The notes: a model not told the origin generated them from the letters alone. A stretch of DNA of 63,283 nucleotides, filler included, from Octopus bimaculoides (GCF_001194135.2; 7 parts of 6 records of this genome joined end to end with filler, not necessarily neighbours in it); one strand, 5' to 3'; counted from the whole stretch's first letter, positions 1 through 13,780 are shown. Made by a program: numbers and translations.

Positions 1-149
1 TTTTTTTTTTTTTTTTTTTTTTCCTTCCTTCCCCCTCCCAAAAAGAAAAGCTCTACATTGTATTTGTCCCATCTTCGTTGAGCCCTGTGTGGCTAATAAA
101 AGAAATGTATCTATCTATCTATCTATCCTTCCAAATATCCATGGTTAGA

Positions 150-292
150 CGTGGCTGTGTGGTTACGAAGCTGTCTCCTCCACTGTGTGGTCTTCCGTTC
201 ATTTCCACCGTGCAGTACATTGGGTAAGTGTCTTCTACCATAACCCCGAGCTGCACATAAACTTGCGCGTGAATTTGGTCGACGTAGGGTGC
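150..292 (+). mobile_element. Decayed SINE (family GTGGCTGTGTGGT...GGCAAGTGTCTTCTAC...GACGGAAACTGAAAG)
   Basis: Similar to the copies at 24037, 52722, 53380 and 55178. Confidence 0.75.
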
Positions 293-327
293 TTCAACTT
301 CCATGATAATTTATTTCATGTGTGAAG

Positions 328-461
328 ACTACTGTGGACAACAGTATTCAAAGTCGGGCAAAAGTGGAGAAGAGACGGATAATGGTGTGGATATCTCTCG
401 ACTGGAAAGTTCTGAGAATTCAGGAGGACATTCTGCGGGCCATGTCGACTTTGCTGTTTAT
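328..461 (+). CDS. Candidate exon of an unidentified plus-strand gene (DYCGQQYSKSGKSGEETDNGVDISRLESSENSGGHSAGHVDFAVY); 5' boundary uncertain (328 or 345)
   Basis: Open frame ending at a consensus donor TAT|gtgagt (462). A 65-nt intron ending tatgtttcag (526) follows and joins in frame to the next exon. Confidence 0.5.
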
Positions 462-526
462 GTGAGTAGGGATACAAATGCGTTTTTATTAGCGAGCAAC
501 AAGCAATGAACACTTATATGTTTCAG

Positions 527-571
527 AACAAACAGGTTGAAGAGAAGCCAGAACATGAGACGGATCAGCTT
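527..571 (+). CDS. Candidate 45-nt phase 0-0 exon NKQVEEKPEHETDQL; may instead read through to the stop at 718
   Basis: Acceptor tatgtttcag|AAC and donor CTT|gtaagt, in frame with the 328-461 exon. Confidence 0.5.
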
Positions 572-1094
572 GTAAGTCATATTTTAAAAAAAGTGGCGAA
601 ACATCGTGGATTGAAGAGGTCATCACATGAGACTCCAATGGCTTCTATACCTGCTCACCCAAATGTTTTACCACTGTTGCCATCGGTTCCAAAATACCTT
701 AGTCACTTTCTAAAATGAAGAAAATCAAATTCCTGACGGTTTCTCACCTCAAGGTGATGCGAACCCTGACAACCCTTCTACTTCAAGAGATGCACACTGC
801 TTAATTTGAAACACCAGCTTCACATGGGAAACAGCAGTGAAGAACTATCTTGTATATATCATTCAAATTTCGCTTGGTTTCTATTTGATATTTCTTGCCT
901 TTTATCAACGAAATTATAGTGATTAGTGGGAGTATTCCAAAAGTAGGATGAGGTGGTTAGCTGTTGTGTTAAATACGTTTAAGCTTAAACACTCTGTAAT
1001 TCGGTAAAATTGCTAACGCGGCAACCTTCAAGTTCCACTAACACCGCATTAGTGATGGCCGACATGTACATATAAACACTCTGAGCGTCTGTAG

Positions 1095-1110
1095 ATAGAT
1101 GATAAATATG

Positions 1111-1170
<60 letters not shown>

Positions 1171-1459
1171 GGCGGAGAGACAATCTATATATATATATAT
1201 ATAGATTCGTGTAGATATATAGAGACAAACATATGCACGAATCTCTCTCTCCTCTTGACATTTTGTATAGCTTGTTTTATCTCACACTATAGTTGTCCAT
1301 CTATCTCCCTCTCTTTGCATATTCTTTCTCTCTCTCTCGCACACACACGCACGCACACAAAAGAATAGTTAGTTGTGTAATAAATAAATAAATAAATAAT
1401 GCGGTGTATGTATGTAATGTATACATGTACGTGTATATTCATCTATGCATGTGTGTGTA

Positions 1460-1490
<31 letters not shown>

Positions 1491-1492
1491 AC

Positions 1493-1544
<52 letters not shown>

Positions 1545-1628
1545 CTAGGAATCAGTTGTTATCGTTGTATATACATATACAGAAATAGAAAGAGACAGAG
1601 ACAGAAAAAGAGAGGAACAGAGAGATGT

Positions 1629-1695
<67 letters not shown>
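1095..1695. repeat. Compound (GATA)n, (TA)n, (TG)n and (GA)n microsatellites; similar compound arrays recur every 1-3 kb through the window
   Basis: Direct inspection. Confidence 0.97.
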
Positions 1696-3586
1696 GGACA
1701 AGCAGGCAGACAGAGTAAAGACGTTGAAGATGATTAGCAAAATCATTTTTCAGAATGCCATTGTTATTGGAACCAGTTCCTGCTTCCTGGAGGTGTGACA
1801 TGACGTGTCTTCAGGTGGCTGATTCCGAGAACTATAAAGGAGAATTCATTAACTCTTAAAGTCTTTCTCTCATCATTTATATATTAGAAACATCAAGCTT
1901 CAACTCGGTCCTTATCTCGCATTTAAGACAGCAGCAAGTCCTTAGTGACTGTATGTAAAATATACGCAATGTATGTGTCAGCCGTGCGTATATGTGAATG
2001 TGCGGTGTGTACGAGTGTGAATTCTGTGTATGCATGCGCGTATGTATGTATGTATGTATGTATGTATGTATGTATGTATGTATGTATGTATGTGTGTATG
2101 TATGTCTATTAGTATGTATGTATGCTATTGAAAGCGAAACATTCGTTACGTTGGCTCGAGTCACAAGTTTAGCTTTTCGATGTTCATCTAGTTTACTAAA
2201 TGATCGTGTCTTCTTTGTGTTAAAGCCGTGACGTATTACTTGTATTCAACTTTTCCATTATGAAGTCGTACAGAAACCCGGATGAAGCCGTCAAAGTAGA
2301 ATCTTTTGATAAATATGTTAACACACGACCTACGACATCAGTATCCAATTTAGAAACATTCACACTGTAACTCTCCTACTTGTGACAGGAAGGAAAATGA
2401 GTTTCACCTAAACAGACAGGAACAACATAGAGACTTAGTTTTTTTTTCTTATCTGGAAGCTTCATTTTTTTTCTATATTTAATTCTTGTACTTTTTATTT
2501 CTTTTTCCTGAATTTTCTAAAGTTTGTATATATGTATGTTTATATGTATGTATGCATATATATATATATGTATTTATGTATGTATGAATATATATACATG
2601 TGTGTACATATATCTATATGTGAATATATATATATATGTGTGTATATATGTGTAAATGTGTGCATATGTGTGTATGTATGTGTATGTCGTATTAGCAATT
2701 TTTCCAATTATCTATTGTCAATAAATATATAAATAAATATATAACTGAATAAAAAAAATATTATTACGTTGCAGGTTCTGAAATTTCGTATCGATATAAT
2801 TAACATTCAAAAATATCAAACAAAAAAAACAAAAAAAAAGAATGCATTAATCTAGCAGTAACGTACAGAACTATAAATTGTGATCGTTTTCGTATCATCA
2901 ATTGGTTAAATAACGACTCCTATGTTTGCTTTCTCAGAGTTTACTACAAACCAGATATACACGCTTATAGCTTACATGGTGTTAAACAGCAACAATTAAT
3001 TCTTCTACGACGAGCTACATTGGCATGCAACGAAATGACAGCTTAATCTCTCACGAAACACATCCCATTTCCTTCAAAACAGAATGTAACGTTAACCCTT
3101 TGCCTATCCTGCGTATCACATGTGATACACAAGACATATTTCCTGGCGCCCATGCATCGTATATAAAACACATTCCCAGTTTCTTTCAAAATCTCGCAGT
3201 AACTTGCGACTTATGAAAGAGAAGATTTATATTACTCAAATCGTATGACACAACGGTTGACTAAAAGTCTGGAAACAAGCATGGACGTTTAGGAGAAACT
3301 TGTAAAAATGTTTTGGTCAAGCAAAAAGACTCCTCGATACACACAAAAACAGATAGAATGATTTCGTCGAATGTCTATTTAAGCTTAATGTAATCAGGTG
3401 AATTTCCCCACTCTCAGTCATACCACAAGACTGTTTCTAAGATGGTAGATCATCATGTACAACAACCAACACCAATGGTCAAGTACACTACGTTTATGAT
3501 AGATACTACGTGTGCGTTGTGCACACATACACACTCACAAACACACACATACACACACACACAATCTGCATGCACGTATGTATTTG

Positions 3587-3660
<74 letters not shown>

Positions 3661-4261
3661 TGTATAGTATTAACAAAATATGAAAAACATACTTGGTATT
3701 TTAAGCCTTTCTAAAACATACACAGATTTCGGTAAACCAACAAATAGTATTACACAATACTTACTTGAAAATGAAATAATCTTGTCAAAATCATTTATCA
3801 GTGTTTAGTAAAGAGCACAAAATGTAGTGTAAAGTTGCTTAATATATATCCCCATTATGCACATTAACTACAACATCGATGGAGTGGTAGAACACACAGA
3901 GCAACAGAGTAATAGAATATACTAAATGAAAGATGTACGTGCTTACGTGACGCACTTCTCAGAGTCTCTGACTATAGCTCTCTCTATATACATACATACA
4001 CTCTGGTAATTTGATCGGTGAGGAGTAATGTACATCCTATACACAGAGTATTCAGAAAAAATCATCAATAATTAATCGTATTCAACCTGATGAAGCAACC
4101 ACACACGGCTGTTGCTGAAAGATATTCAACTATATAATTATAAAGAATGATCTTGTATAATTGTATATACTTAAAACTTAAAACGGGTGTGCGGTGCAGA
4201 AGCAAATGTTGCGGTCTATAATTAAAGCCCGATATCCTCCATCTTTCTGTTATGTTATTCT

Positions 4262-4303
<42 letters not shown>

Positions 4304-4325
4304 CACATTCATGTATAGCTTTCTG

Positions 4326-4378
<53 letters not shown>

Positions 4379-4660
4379 ATGTATATATATATACACACAC
4401 ATGCCCACACTCACACCCACACAGAGTCAATTTAAATAAACAAACAGTTCAAAGAAATGGATAAAAATCGAAGGAAAAGAAAAACAATGAGCGTGAGGAC
4501 GTGCACAAGAAGTATATTAGCTTGACGCTCTGTGAAAGGAGAGAGTTTAACGTTTCGAGTATAGCACTTCGTCGGGAAGGAGAAAAAGAAAGAAAGAGGA
4601 GAGAAATCGCTAACAGGCCACGTGTAGTTACACAACTGAAGCCATATATANNNNNNNNNN

Positions 4661-4709
<49 letters not shown>

Positions 4710-4710
4710 T

Positions 4711-5972
4711 CATAAGTAATGCGGTTTTTTTATGCTCTTTTTCTTTTTCAAAGTTATGGTAAAGTTTTTTTTTTAAATCTAAAATATACTCTCCTTCATC
4801 TTCTACGCTGTTCTTCTATATATCTAGTAGATTTGCAAGGCTCCTCTTCCAAAATTCACTTGTCTGTGACGAAAAATACTCCGCCACTACCGTTCTGACC
4901 TCGTCTATACAATTCATAGTCTTTCCGTCCAAATGATTTTGAAGACTGTAGAATAAATGATAATCAGATGGGTCAATGTCCCGCGAATATGGTGGGTGGG
5001 AATTGTTTCCCATTCAAACTGCTCCAGCCCTTAGAATGTCATCATCGCTGCATGTGGCCGAGCATTATTCTGATAGAAGAACTCCTTCCGTGTTGAAAGC
5101 AGAGATTGTCGTTTTTTTTTTTTTTCTAGAGTTAACTTAAGCCACTTAAGCCGTTCGCAGTAGATCTCCATTGTTATCGTTTGTTCTCGGTTTAAATGTT
5201 CAAAGTGGACTAAACCTTTCATATTCCACCAAACAGATAACATCTTACATGGGTGAAGACCTTTTTTAACCTGGAGTGGCAGTGTTTCTCCTTTCCCTAT
5301 CCACTGTCTTCGCTGCTTGACACTTTTATAGAGAAGCCATTTCTGGTCACCAGTCACTATTCGGTCCAAAAAAAGAAAGAAACAGTAAAAGGTTCATTCG
5401 TGAAACATGACAGCAAAGAAAAGCACACACTCACTCTCTGCGCGTGATTAAACTCGGAATGTTTGCGAGGAACCCATTGACCCAATTATGCTGACCATTC
5501 CGATGGAACGCAGGTGTCGATGAATGGTTGAATGACCAAATCCATGCTTCTCTGCTAGTTTCTCAACAGTTACGATGGAATTTTGTTCCACCAGGGTTTG
5601 CAGGACAACTTCGTTGAGCTCTAGAGATCTTCCAGGATGAAGCTCGTCTTCTAGGCTGTAGTTTCTGGCTTGGAATTTCTGGAACCACTGTCGACACTGG
5701 CTTACGCTTATTGTCCGATCTCCATATACTGCATTAATATTCCTCGCACTTTCTGTTGAGTTGTTGCCTTTATTGAACTCATAAAGCAAAATATGCCGAA
5801 TATGTTCCTTTATCAATTCCATTAGAGCTTTGAAAAAATAACTGTTGAAAACGAACTGCACTCTTAAAAACTTGCACTACTACCTGCATCTTTAACAAGT
5901 TGATGCAGGTAGTTTATCTCGTCCACCTCTGACTTTTATTTCATGCAATTTAAAAAACCCGCATTATTTATA
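4711..5972 (-). mobile_element. Near full-length decayed mariner (DD34D-type) DNA transposon, transposase pseudogene
   Basis: Three frameshifted minus ORFs: MELIKEHIRHILLYEFNKG (HTH N-terminus), WVPRKH (cf. WVPHEL), IVTGDQKW, NARPH and YSRDIDPSDY (cf. YSPDLAPSDY). Imperfect inverted ends cataagtaatgcggtttttt (4711-4730) and aaaaaacccgcattatttata (5952-5972); length ~1.26 kb. Confidence 0.93.
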
Positions 5973-7209
5973 ATACGTAAATATGTTCCTTGTCTTGTTG
6001 TAATTTTATGTTATATGTATGCATGCACCTATGTATTTATTATGTTGATGCAAATCATAAATATAAAATGATTTTCTAAATTTTTGTTTCCACTTATACC
6101 AAGTTATATGTCTAACGTTTCGGGTTCGACGTGAGCACTTCCAAGCAATTGAGTAGAAAAACGTTTTCGAAAGAAAACAACAATATTTTATATATATATA
6201 TCTAGTTTAACTTCGGTCCGACCAAAGCCTTCTCAGTGAATTTTGTAGTCGGAAACTAAAAGAAGCCCGTCGTAAATATATATATATATGTGTGTGCCTG
6301 TGTGAGTGTATGTGTGTCTGTGATAATGATGATAGTGGGCGGCGGTGATAGTGATAGTAGTGGTGGAGGGGGTGACAGTCGTCGTATCTAAGGCGGCAGC
6401 GGCTGCGTTTGTGTTGATAGTGTTAGTAGGGGCGGCCAGATGGGAAAGTTTGGTCAGGCAAATTAGATAGCGGTAATAGACGAGCAGTAAGGAATGAAGA
6501 GCGTTGGGATTATATAAGTCGGGGCGAAGGTGATGATAATGGCGGGTGTGTATGTGGTTAGACGAAAAATGGGTAAGCAATAAAAGGGAAACGGAGAAGG
6601 AAAAGACATGATAGATCGCAAGTTCTTAGGGTAGAGATGTTGTTGATGCTGTTGTTGCTGTCACTGGTCTTAGTTAATTCCAGATTAATCTTGGTAGCTC
6701 AGACTCATGACCGAAAATATTCCAGCTGTGACTGTTTCGTCTTATTCTTATCAGCAGAAAATCCAGGAAAGACGTTCGCAACATGTTCTTTTTAAAGATT
6801 AGAGAATTTAGCTGTTATTTCTAGCAGAGCCAATAAACCACATAAGCGACAGATTTGATTGCTCATAGAATACACGAGAGCTGGATTAGTGGTGAATGAG
6901 GGGTGTAAAGATTGTGGATTTAGGAGTGGCGAAAGGATAGTAAGGGATAGAAGTAATGAAGATTGCGGAAAGTGAAAGTAGAAAGGAGTGGGAAGAGGAG
7001 AACGGTTAAGAGATGATGAGAATGACAAGGAGGAAAGAGTGATAATGGTGAAAGTGGAGGAGGAGGAAGACAAGATTAAGGTTGGGAGCAGGAGTGGAAG
7101 GAGAAGTTGGAGGCGTAGGAAAGGGTGTATGTGATAGCTGTACTTCCGTTTATTGACGCTCGTGGTTTGTGTTGGGTTCCAAACTGTTGATCCAAATGTA
7201 TTCCAACGG

Positions 7210-7670
7210 ATGTGAATACCCCGCCACCAACCACCCCACCTCTACCGCCATCAACCACCACCAACCACCACCAACCACCACCACTAACCAACCAACCAAC
7301 TAACCAACCAGCCAACCAACCAACCAACCAGCCGACCAACCAACCAAAACTACCACCACAACCACCTCCGCCACAAATACTAACTTTATCATCACACCCA
7401 CCACCACNNNNNNNNNNTCCCGCCAACAACGCCATACTCGTCCTATACTTACCATGTTCCTCTATCTCCTAAACTACCACTACTCCTACCAACACCATCA
7501 CCACCACCACCACCACCACCAACACCACCACCACCACCACAATCACCACCATCACTACTGCTTTTACTACTACCTCTACACCACCACCACTACAAATGCT
7601 ATCAAACAGCGCAATCACCTTCACCATCGTTAAAACCGCCACCATCGCCATCATCGCAGTATCACAGCTG

Positions 7671-7710
<40 letters not shown>

Positions 7711-7720
7711 NNNNNNNNNN

Positions 7721-7761
<41 letters not shown>

Positions 7762-9170
7762 TCATCATCACCACAACCACCACACAGCCCACACTTGCAA
7801 TATCAGAGCCATTACCACAAAATTCACAAGCACAGTCACCACTACCACCTACACAACCAGCATAGCCACCACCACTATCACTAACATCACCACAACTACC
7901 AATGCTTTCACCTTAATCACTACAACCAGCACCAGCACCGGCACCACCACCACCACCACCACCACNNNNNNNNNNNNNNNNNNNNNNNNNNNNNNNNNNN
8001 NNNNNNNNNNNNNNNNNNNNNNNNNNNNNNNNNNNNNNNNNNNNNNNNNNNNNNNNNNNNNNNNNNNNNNNNNNNNNNNNNNNNNNNNNNNNNNNNNNNN
8101 NNNNNNNNNNNNNNNNNNNNNNNNNNNNNNNNNNNNNNNNNNNNNNNNNNNNNNNNNNNNNNNNNNNNNNNNNNNNNNNNNNNNNNNNNNNNNNNNNNNN
8201 NNNNNNNNNNNNNNNNNNNNNNNNNNNNNNNNNNNNNNNNNNNNNNNNNNNNNNNNNNNNNNNNNNNNNNNNNNNNNNNNNNNNNNNNNNNNNNNNNNNN
8301 NNNNNNNNNNNNNNNNNNNNNNNNNNNNNNNNNNNNNNNNNNNNNNNNNNNNNNNNNNNNNNNNNNNNNNNNNNNNNNNNNNNNNNNNNNNNNNNNNNNN
8401 NNNNNNNNNNNNNNNNNNNNNNNNNNNNNNNNNNNNNNNNNNNNNNNNNNNNNNNNNNNNNNNNNNNNNNNNNNNNNNNNNNNNNNNNNNNNNNNNNNNN
8501 NNNNNNNNNNNNNNNNNNNNNNNNNNNNNNNNNNNNNNNNNNNNNNNNNNNNNNNNNNNNNNNNNNNNNNNNNNNNNNNNNNNNNNNNNNNNNNNNNNNN
8601 NNNNNNNNNNNNNNNNNNNNNNNNNNNNNNNNNNNNNNNNNNNNNNNNNNNNNNNNNNNNNNNNNNNNNNNNNNNNNNNNNNNNNNNNNNNNNNNNNNNN
8701 NNNNNNNNNNNNNNNNNNNNNNNNNNNNNNNNNNNNNNNNNNNNNNNNNNNNNNNNNNNNNNNNNNNNNNNNNNNNNNNNNNNNNNNNNNNCATAATCCT
8801 CCGCATCACCACCACCATCATCATCATCGTCGTCATCATCATCATGGTCGTCGTCGTCGTCATCAACATCATCATCATCATCATCATCATTATCATCATC
8901 ATCACCACCACCACAACTTCTATCGTCGTCATTATCATAACCCTCCTCATCCACCTTATTATCGTCGTCATCACCACCAGCACCACCACCACCACCTGTC
9001 GGTATCGTTTAGTTTCCTCCTACTCCTCGTCATCATAATCCTCCGCATCACCACCACCATCATCATCATCGTCGTCATCATCATCATGGTCGTCGTCGTC
9101 GTCATCAACATCATCATCATCATCATCATCATCATCAGTACCACCACCACCATCACTACAGCCACCAGGG
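7210..9170. repeat. Compound (ACC/CAT/ACT)n low-complexity tract with N gaps; includes a near-tandem ~100-bp duplication (8792 vs 9035)
   Basis: Direct inspection. Confidence 0.95.
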
Positions 9171-9346
9171 CTAACTGTTGTCATCCACCATACTCATCCA
9201 AGTCCTGTTCCCTGCAGAATTTAAGTTCTTCGCCGGATGTCAAATCTGATTTCCAAGAGATATTTTACTCTTGCCCTTACTATATACGTGCATATATATA
9301 CATACATACATACATACATACATAAAGATACATGCATATATATATG

Positions 9347-9426
<80 letters not shown>

Positions 9427-9589
9427 TGTGTGTGTGTGTGTGTTCTTCTATGCTTTTATGTTTTATTTGTTTCAGTCATTTGTCTGCGACCATGCTGGAG
9501 CACCACATATTCTTCGTCGTAAGGCGATTTAGCCTCTTCTATCGTACTAGGGATCCACCTTGGTGGCTATTCCTCTCATTTATGTATGT

Positions 9590-9653
<64 letters not shown>

Positions 9654-9799
9654 AGTGTATACATATATACATACATACACACATACACACATACACACAC
9701 ACGCACACTCATATACACACGCACGCACCCAAACATACGTACGTACGTACATACATACATACATACATACATACATACATACATACATACATACACATT

Positions 9800-10006
9800 G
9801 TTTCAGAAGACAATAGTGTGTGGTTTTGGGAAAAGAGGCCAGTCGATTTGATCAATTTCAGTACGCAACTGGTATTTAATTTTTCGACTCCGAAAGGATG
9901 AAAGGCAAAGTCGACCTCAGCGGAATTTGAACTCAGAACGTAAAGTCAGACGAAATACCGCTAAGCATTTCGCCCGGCGTGCTAACGTGTCTGTTAACTC
10001 ACCGCC
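9800..10006 (-). mobile_element. tRNA-derived SINE (family starting GGCGGTGAGCTGGCAGAATCGTTAGC)
   Basis: Reverse complement of the family seen at 11275; B-box GAGTTCAAATTCC. Confidence 0.88.
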
Positions 10007-10239
10007 TCACAACGCTTTGAATATTGTCAGACAACGCTTTCTGTCATTTCTTCCGGCTCTTTTAGCTTTTGAGTTCAAATCCTTTCGAAATTGACTTTGC
10101 TTTTCATCCTTTCAGGTTTGATAAAATAAATAAGTACCAGTTGGACAGTGTTGAATGCAATCCACTAACTCCCTCTTCAGTTACCTTTGTATTTTCTTGA
10201 AAGTAGTAAACGATGTGTACGTGTTTTGTACCTAGTAGC

Positions 10240-11250
10240 ATTATATTCTGAATGTAATGTCAACGTATATATTTAAGTTCACTTTCTTCAAGATGGGAAA
10301 ACAGCTTATTCTTTTCTTTGTGCTCCGTAGTCATTTCAAGCAGTTTATCATTATTTTATCTTTGTTCCCAGATATTTTTAAAATAGTTTTTTTGCGTTGT
10401 AATTAGATTTCTATATCAGTGTTAAGAAATATTTTTTGCTATATCCAAAAAGCAATTATTTCTTTTCATGTTTTCGTATTGCTCTTGCTATTACATTAGA
10501 TATCCAGCTGATATTATAACTATGATTTATTTTTATAAGATTACTGAAGGATTTTTTTTTTCATTTAACTCCGTTTTATGTACTAATATATGGCGTCTAT
10601 AACACTTCTTTCTAATCTATTCTTTTACGTCTGTGTATTACACACCGTTTACTACTTTAATTCCGAAGTATTTTTATGCATGTGTTTGGTGTAATTCTCA
10701 TATCACTATTTCTTTATCGAACATGTCATTAGCTTCTCCTTTTCGAACTGCTTTGGTGCATTTATCTAACTCTAATCTAATATTAATTCGTTTACTAAAT
10801 CCGTAAACTGCATGTTGGAGTGTTTCTATATTTTTAGTCATGCGCAGCGCACTGCTTGCCGCTATCTATAAGCAAAACCTGATTGAGTGTCTCCAATATA
10901 ATTATAAATAGTGTTATTAGTCTTATTTTCATGCGTGCTTTCACTGAATTACTGAAAGTAGCCTCTGCTCTTTTATACCTTTAATGGAATTTCTTTCCTA
11001 TCGTATTGAAACATCACTCCAGTCGTCTATCACCCGTTGTGTCAACCAGAACAAGAATGACATACACATCTCATAACTACCGTGATGCTTTTAGTTCAAC
11101 AGTTAGTTTGATATAATTTTTTAAGTATTCATCTCACTTCTACACAACATATTAACTCATCTGTAGAAAATTAAAACAATCCTGGTTTTTAAAATTTTTT
11201 TATATCATAGATAACGATATCAAGTGCATTATGTGATAACGGCTTAGCAT
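10240..11250 (-). mobile_element. Highly decayed R4-like reverse transcriptase remnant
   Basis: Minus-strand pieces such as LQHAVYGFSKRINIRLELDKCTKAVRKG resemble R4-clade RT (V..FS.DI.M.FGLDKC). Many stops. Confidence 0.5.
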
Positions 11251-11274
11251 ATGTTATTATTACACTATATTTAA

Positions 11275-12380
11275 GGCGGTGAGCTGGCAGAATCGTTAGC
11301 ATGCTGGACGAAATGCTTAGTGGTACTTCACCCGTAGCTACGTTCTGAGTTCAAATTCCGCCGAGGTCGAGTTTGCCTTTCATCCTTTCAGGGCCGATGA
11401 ATTAAGTACCAGTTAAGTACTGGGGTCGATGTAATCGACTTATCCACCTCCCCACAAATTCCAAGCCCTGTACCTATAGTAGAAAAGATTATTACGCTCT
11501 ATGTAATGTGGTGTACTAGCAAAATCGTTAATCCGAGGATAAAATGCTCAGCGGCATCTCGTTCGCCTTTACATTCTGGATTCAAACTCCACCGCGGTCG
11601 ACTTTGCCTTTCATTGTTTCGGAATCGATAAAATAAGTTCCATTTTAGTCCTGGGGTCGATTTGATCGACTAACTCTGCCCCCTGTTATAGTCTCATGTC
11701 TATAATAGACAGGATTATTACTCCAGATGTGAAGGCAGCGAGCTGGCAGAACCGTCAGCAAACGAAATAAAATAATTAACAGCATTTCATCCACTTCTAC
11801 GTTCAAATTCAGTCAAGATTGATTTTGCCTTTCATCATTTCAAAGTCGACAAAATAAGTACCAATCAAGTACTGGTATTGGTATAATCGGCTTACTACTT
11901 TCGGCCCTGTGCCAAAATTTGAAGCCGTTATTACTCTCTATGTTAAAGCTCCATACAAATTTTACACTGCCAATCAGGGAAGCCAACACACGACCTAGCG
12001 AACGTAACAGCTCAACCATTAGGTCATGTGGCTTCACTTATCGATATTATTTTTATTATATTTCCTTTATTTTTCTGTTTTATTTTCTTCTTGTCAGCAT
12101 ATATCATGCATAACTTCATAACTATTTTAGAAATAATTATTTTCAATTATCATTAATGTTAACGCGGCGAGCTGACCGAGTCCTTACCACACTGAGCAAA
12201 ATGCTTACCAGCATTTCGTTCGTCCTTACGTTCTGAGTTCAAATTCCACCGAGGTCGAATTTGACTTTTATCATTTCGAGATCGATAAAATAAGTACCAG
12301 TTTAGTAATGGTACCGATGTAATCAATTTACTTTGCCCCTAAAATTGCTGGCTTTGTTCCACAGTTTGAAACCTCCACCA
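11275..12380 (+). mobile_element. Cluster of four same-orientation copies of that SINE family (about 11275-11495, 11503-11720, 11733-11930, 12165-12380)
   Basis: Repeated gagctggcagaatcgttagc...gagttcaaattccgccgaggtcgactttgcctttcatcc...taagtaccagt...gtaatcgact, with differing divergence. Confidence 0.88.
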
Positions 12381-12639
12381 TTATTATTTTTAGTACCCAT
12401 CTTTTCTGACATTTCTTAAATATTGATGTTCGAGAATCTGAATTTTTAACAAATTTAAATTATTTGAAAAATGATATTTTCAATTTACACTGCTACACGA
12501 TAAAAAGAAAAGAGATCGTTTGTTAGAATCCCTTTGAATTTATATATCGCTTTTTGTTTACATATCTTATTATTATATTTCATTTTTTTTTCTTTTCCTT
12601 CTTCTTGACTGCATGCATATACAACTTCAGAAGGGCATA

Positions 12640-13780
12640 AAACAATCACAGAGCCGTGATGCTGAGTGAAACGAGTGACGACTTGTCATTCATGGTAGAA
12701 AGTCGTGTTATTACACATGTGGCAGTGGGGGCCATTTAAGGGCGCTTTAACCAGAAGCAGTGGAAAAGATAAAACAAAATGGGAAAAAGGAACAAAAACG
12801 ACAACAATAGCCCACGGAAGCAACTGTTCGTATGACGGCACGACTAAGCATTGCTCCAGAAACTGCGAAAAAGATCACTTGGGCCTCCATTTCAAAAGAT
12901 GGCTTGTAATCTGAAGGTTGGGTCTCTTCTCCTGCTATAAATATCAGCATCACGCCATTTGGTTGTGAAGATGAAGGGATGATGAGAGCAGAGATAATTG
13001 ATTGCTTCAGACATCGAGAAATTAATGCAAAATTATCCCCTCACCCAAACAAAAGCCTATTCCACTTTACATCAAATTGAAGCTGTCAGCTTCAATTTGT
13101 TACGGAGTGAACTAGGTTTATCAACGTAAATGCATAGATGCTACCTCAAGAAAAATGTTTCGGAATGTCATGGCCTATATCTGGCAAGCTGTGTGCTTAG
13201 TTGATTAGAGCAGGACAAATGGAAATATGTCTGGTTCTAAGGATGAAATACAAGATAAAACGGCAGGCAGCGATAATAGGCTGTACACCTTCCCATAAGT
13301 TGAGAATGCAATACCTGGTGAAAATACGAAGGTCACAGTCAGAGGTATTGTCTGTGACGTTAACCTTTGGCTTCTCATCCCATTTGTGATACAGTAAGAA
13401 ATAGACAGTGACCAGTTACACGCTTTTGACTGGCGTCTGTATGGACGTCCAGCGGCTGGCGATCTGTGAAGAACACAGGCACAGTCCCATTACGGGCAGG
13501 GATCGAGGTCAATCAGACTGGTGGTTCATGGTAGAAGATCCAGTTGCCCTATAGGGTGTAGTGAAAGCCACATAAGCACCTTCTGGGAAGCAGAATAGGG
13601 CAAAAGAAAACAGGCAGTAGATATCGGCATATATAGCAGCAGCAAATATTGAACCTAACGGTGAAGATCCATTGACCACAGCTCTGGGAGGAACTGAAGC
13701 GGAAGCTGTTGAAATCATCTCGACTTCAGCGCTACCATCTCCACTTGCCGACGAGCCTCCTCTGTCAGACTAGGGCTGGA
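12640..13780 (+). mobile_element. Decayed gag-like (LINE ORF1-type) sequence with a broken CCHC zinc knuckle
   Basis: 12683-12753 reads LVIHGRKSCYYTCGSGGHLRAL*P (degenerate C-x2-C-x4-H-x4-C). Downstream long quasi-open low-complexity frames contain scattered stops. Confidence 0.5.

Noticed and set aside
1758-1785. Minus-strand TGGTTCCAA (WFQ) as the missing Vsx helix-3 exon
   Set aside because: Reads NWFQ* with an immediate stop; no acceptor and no NRRAKW.
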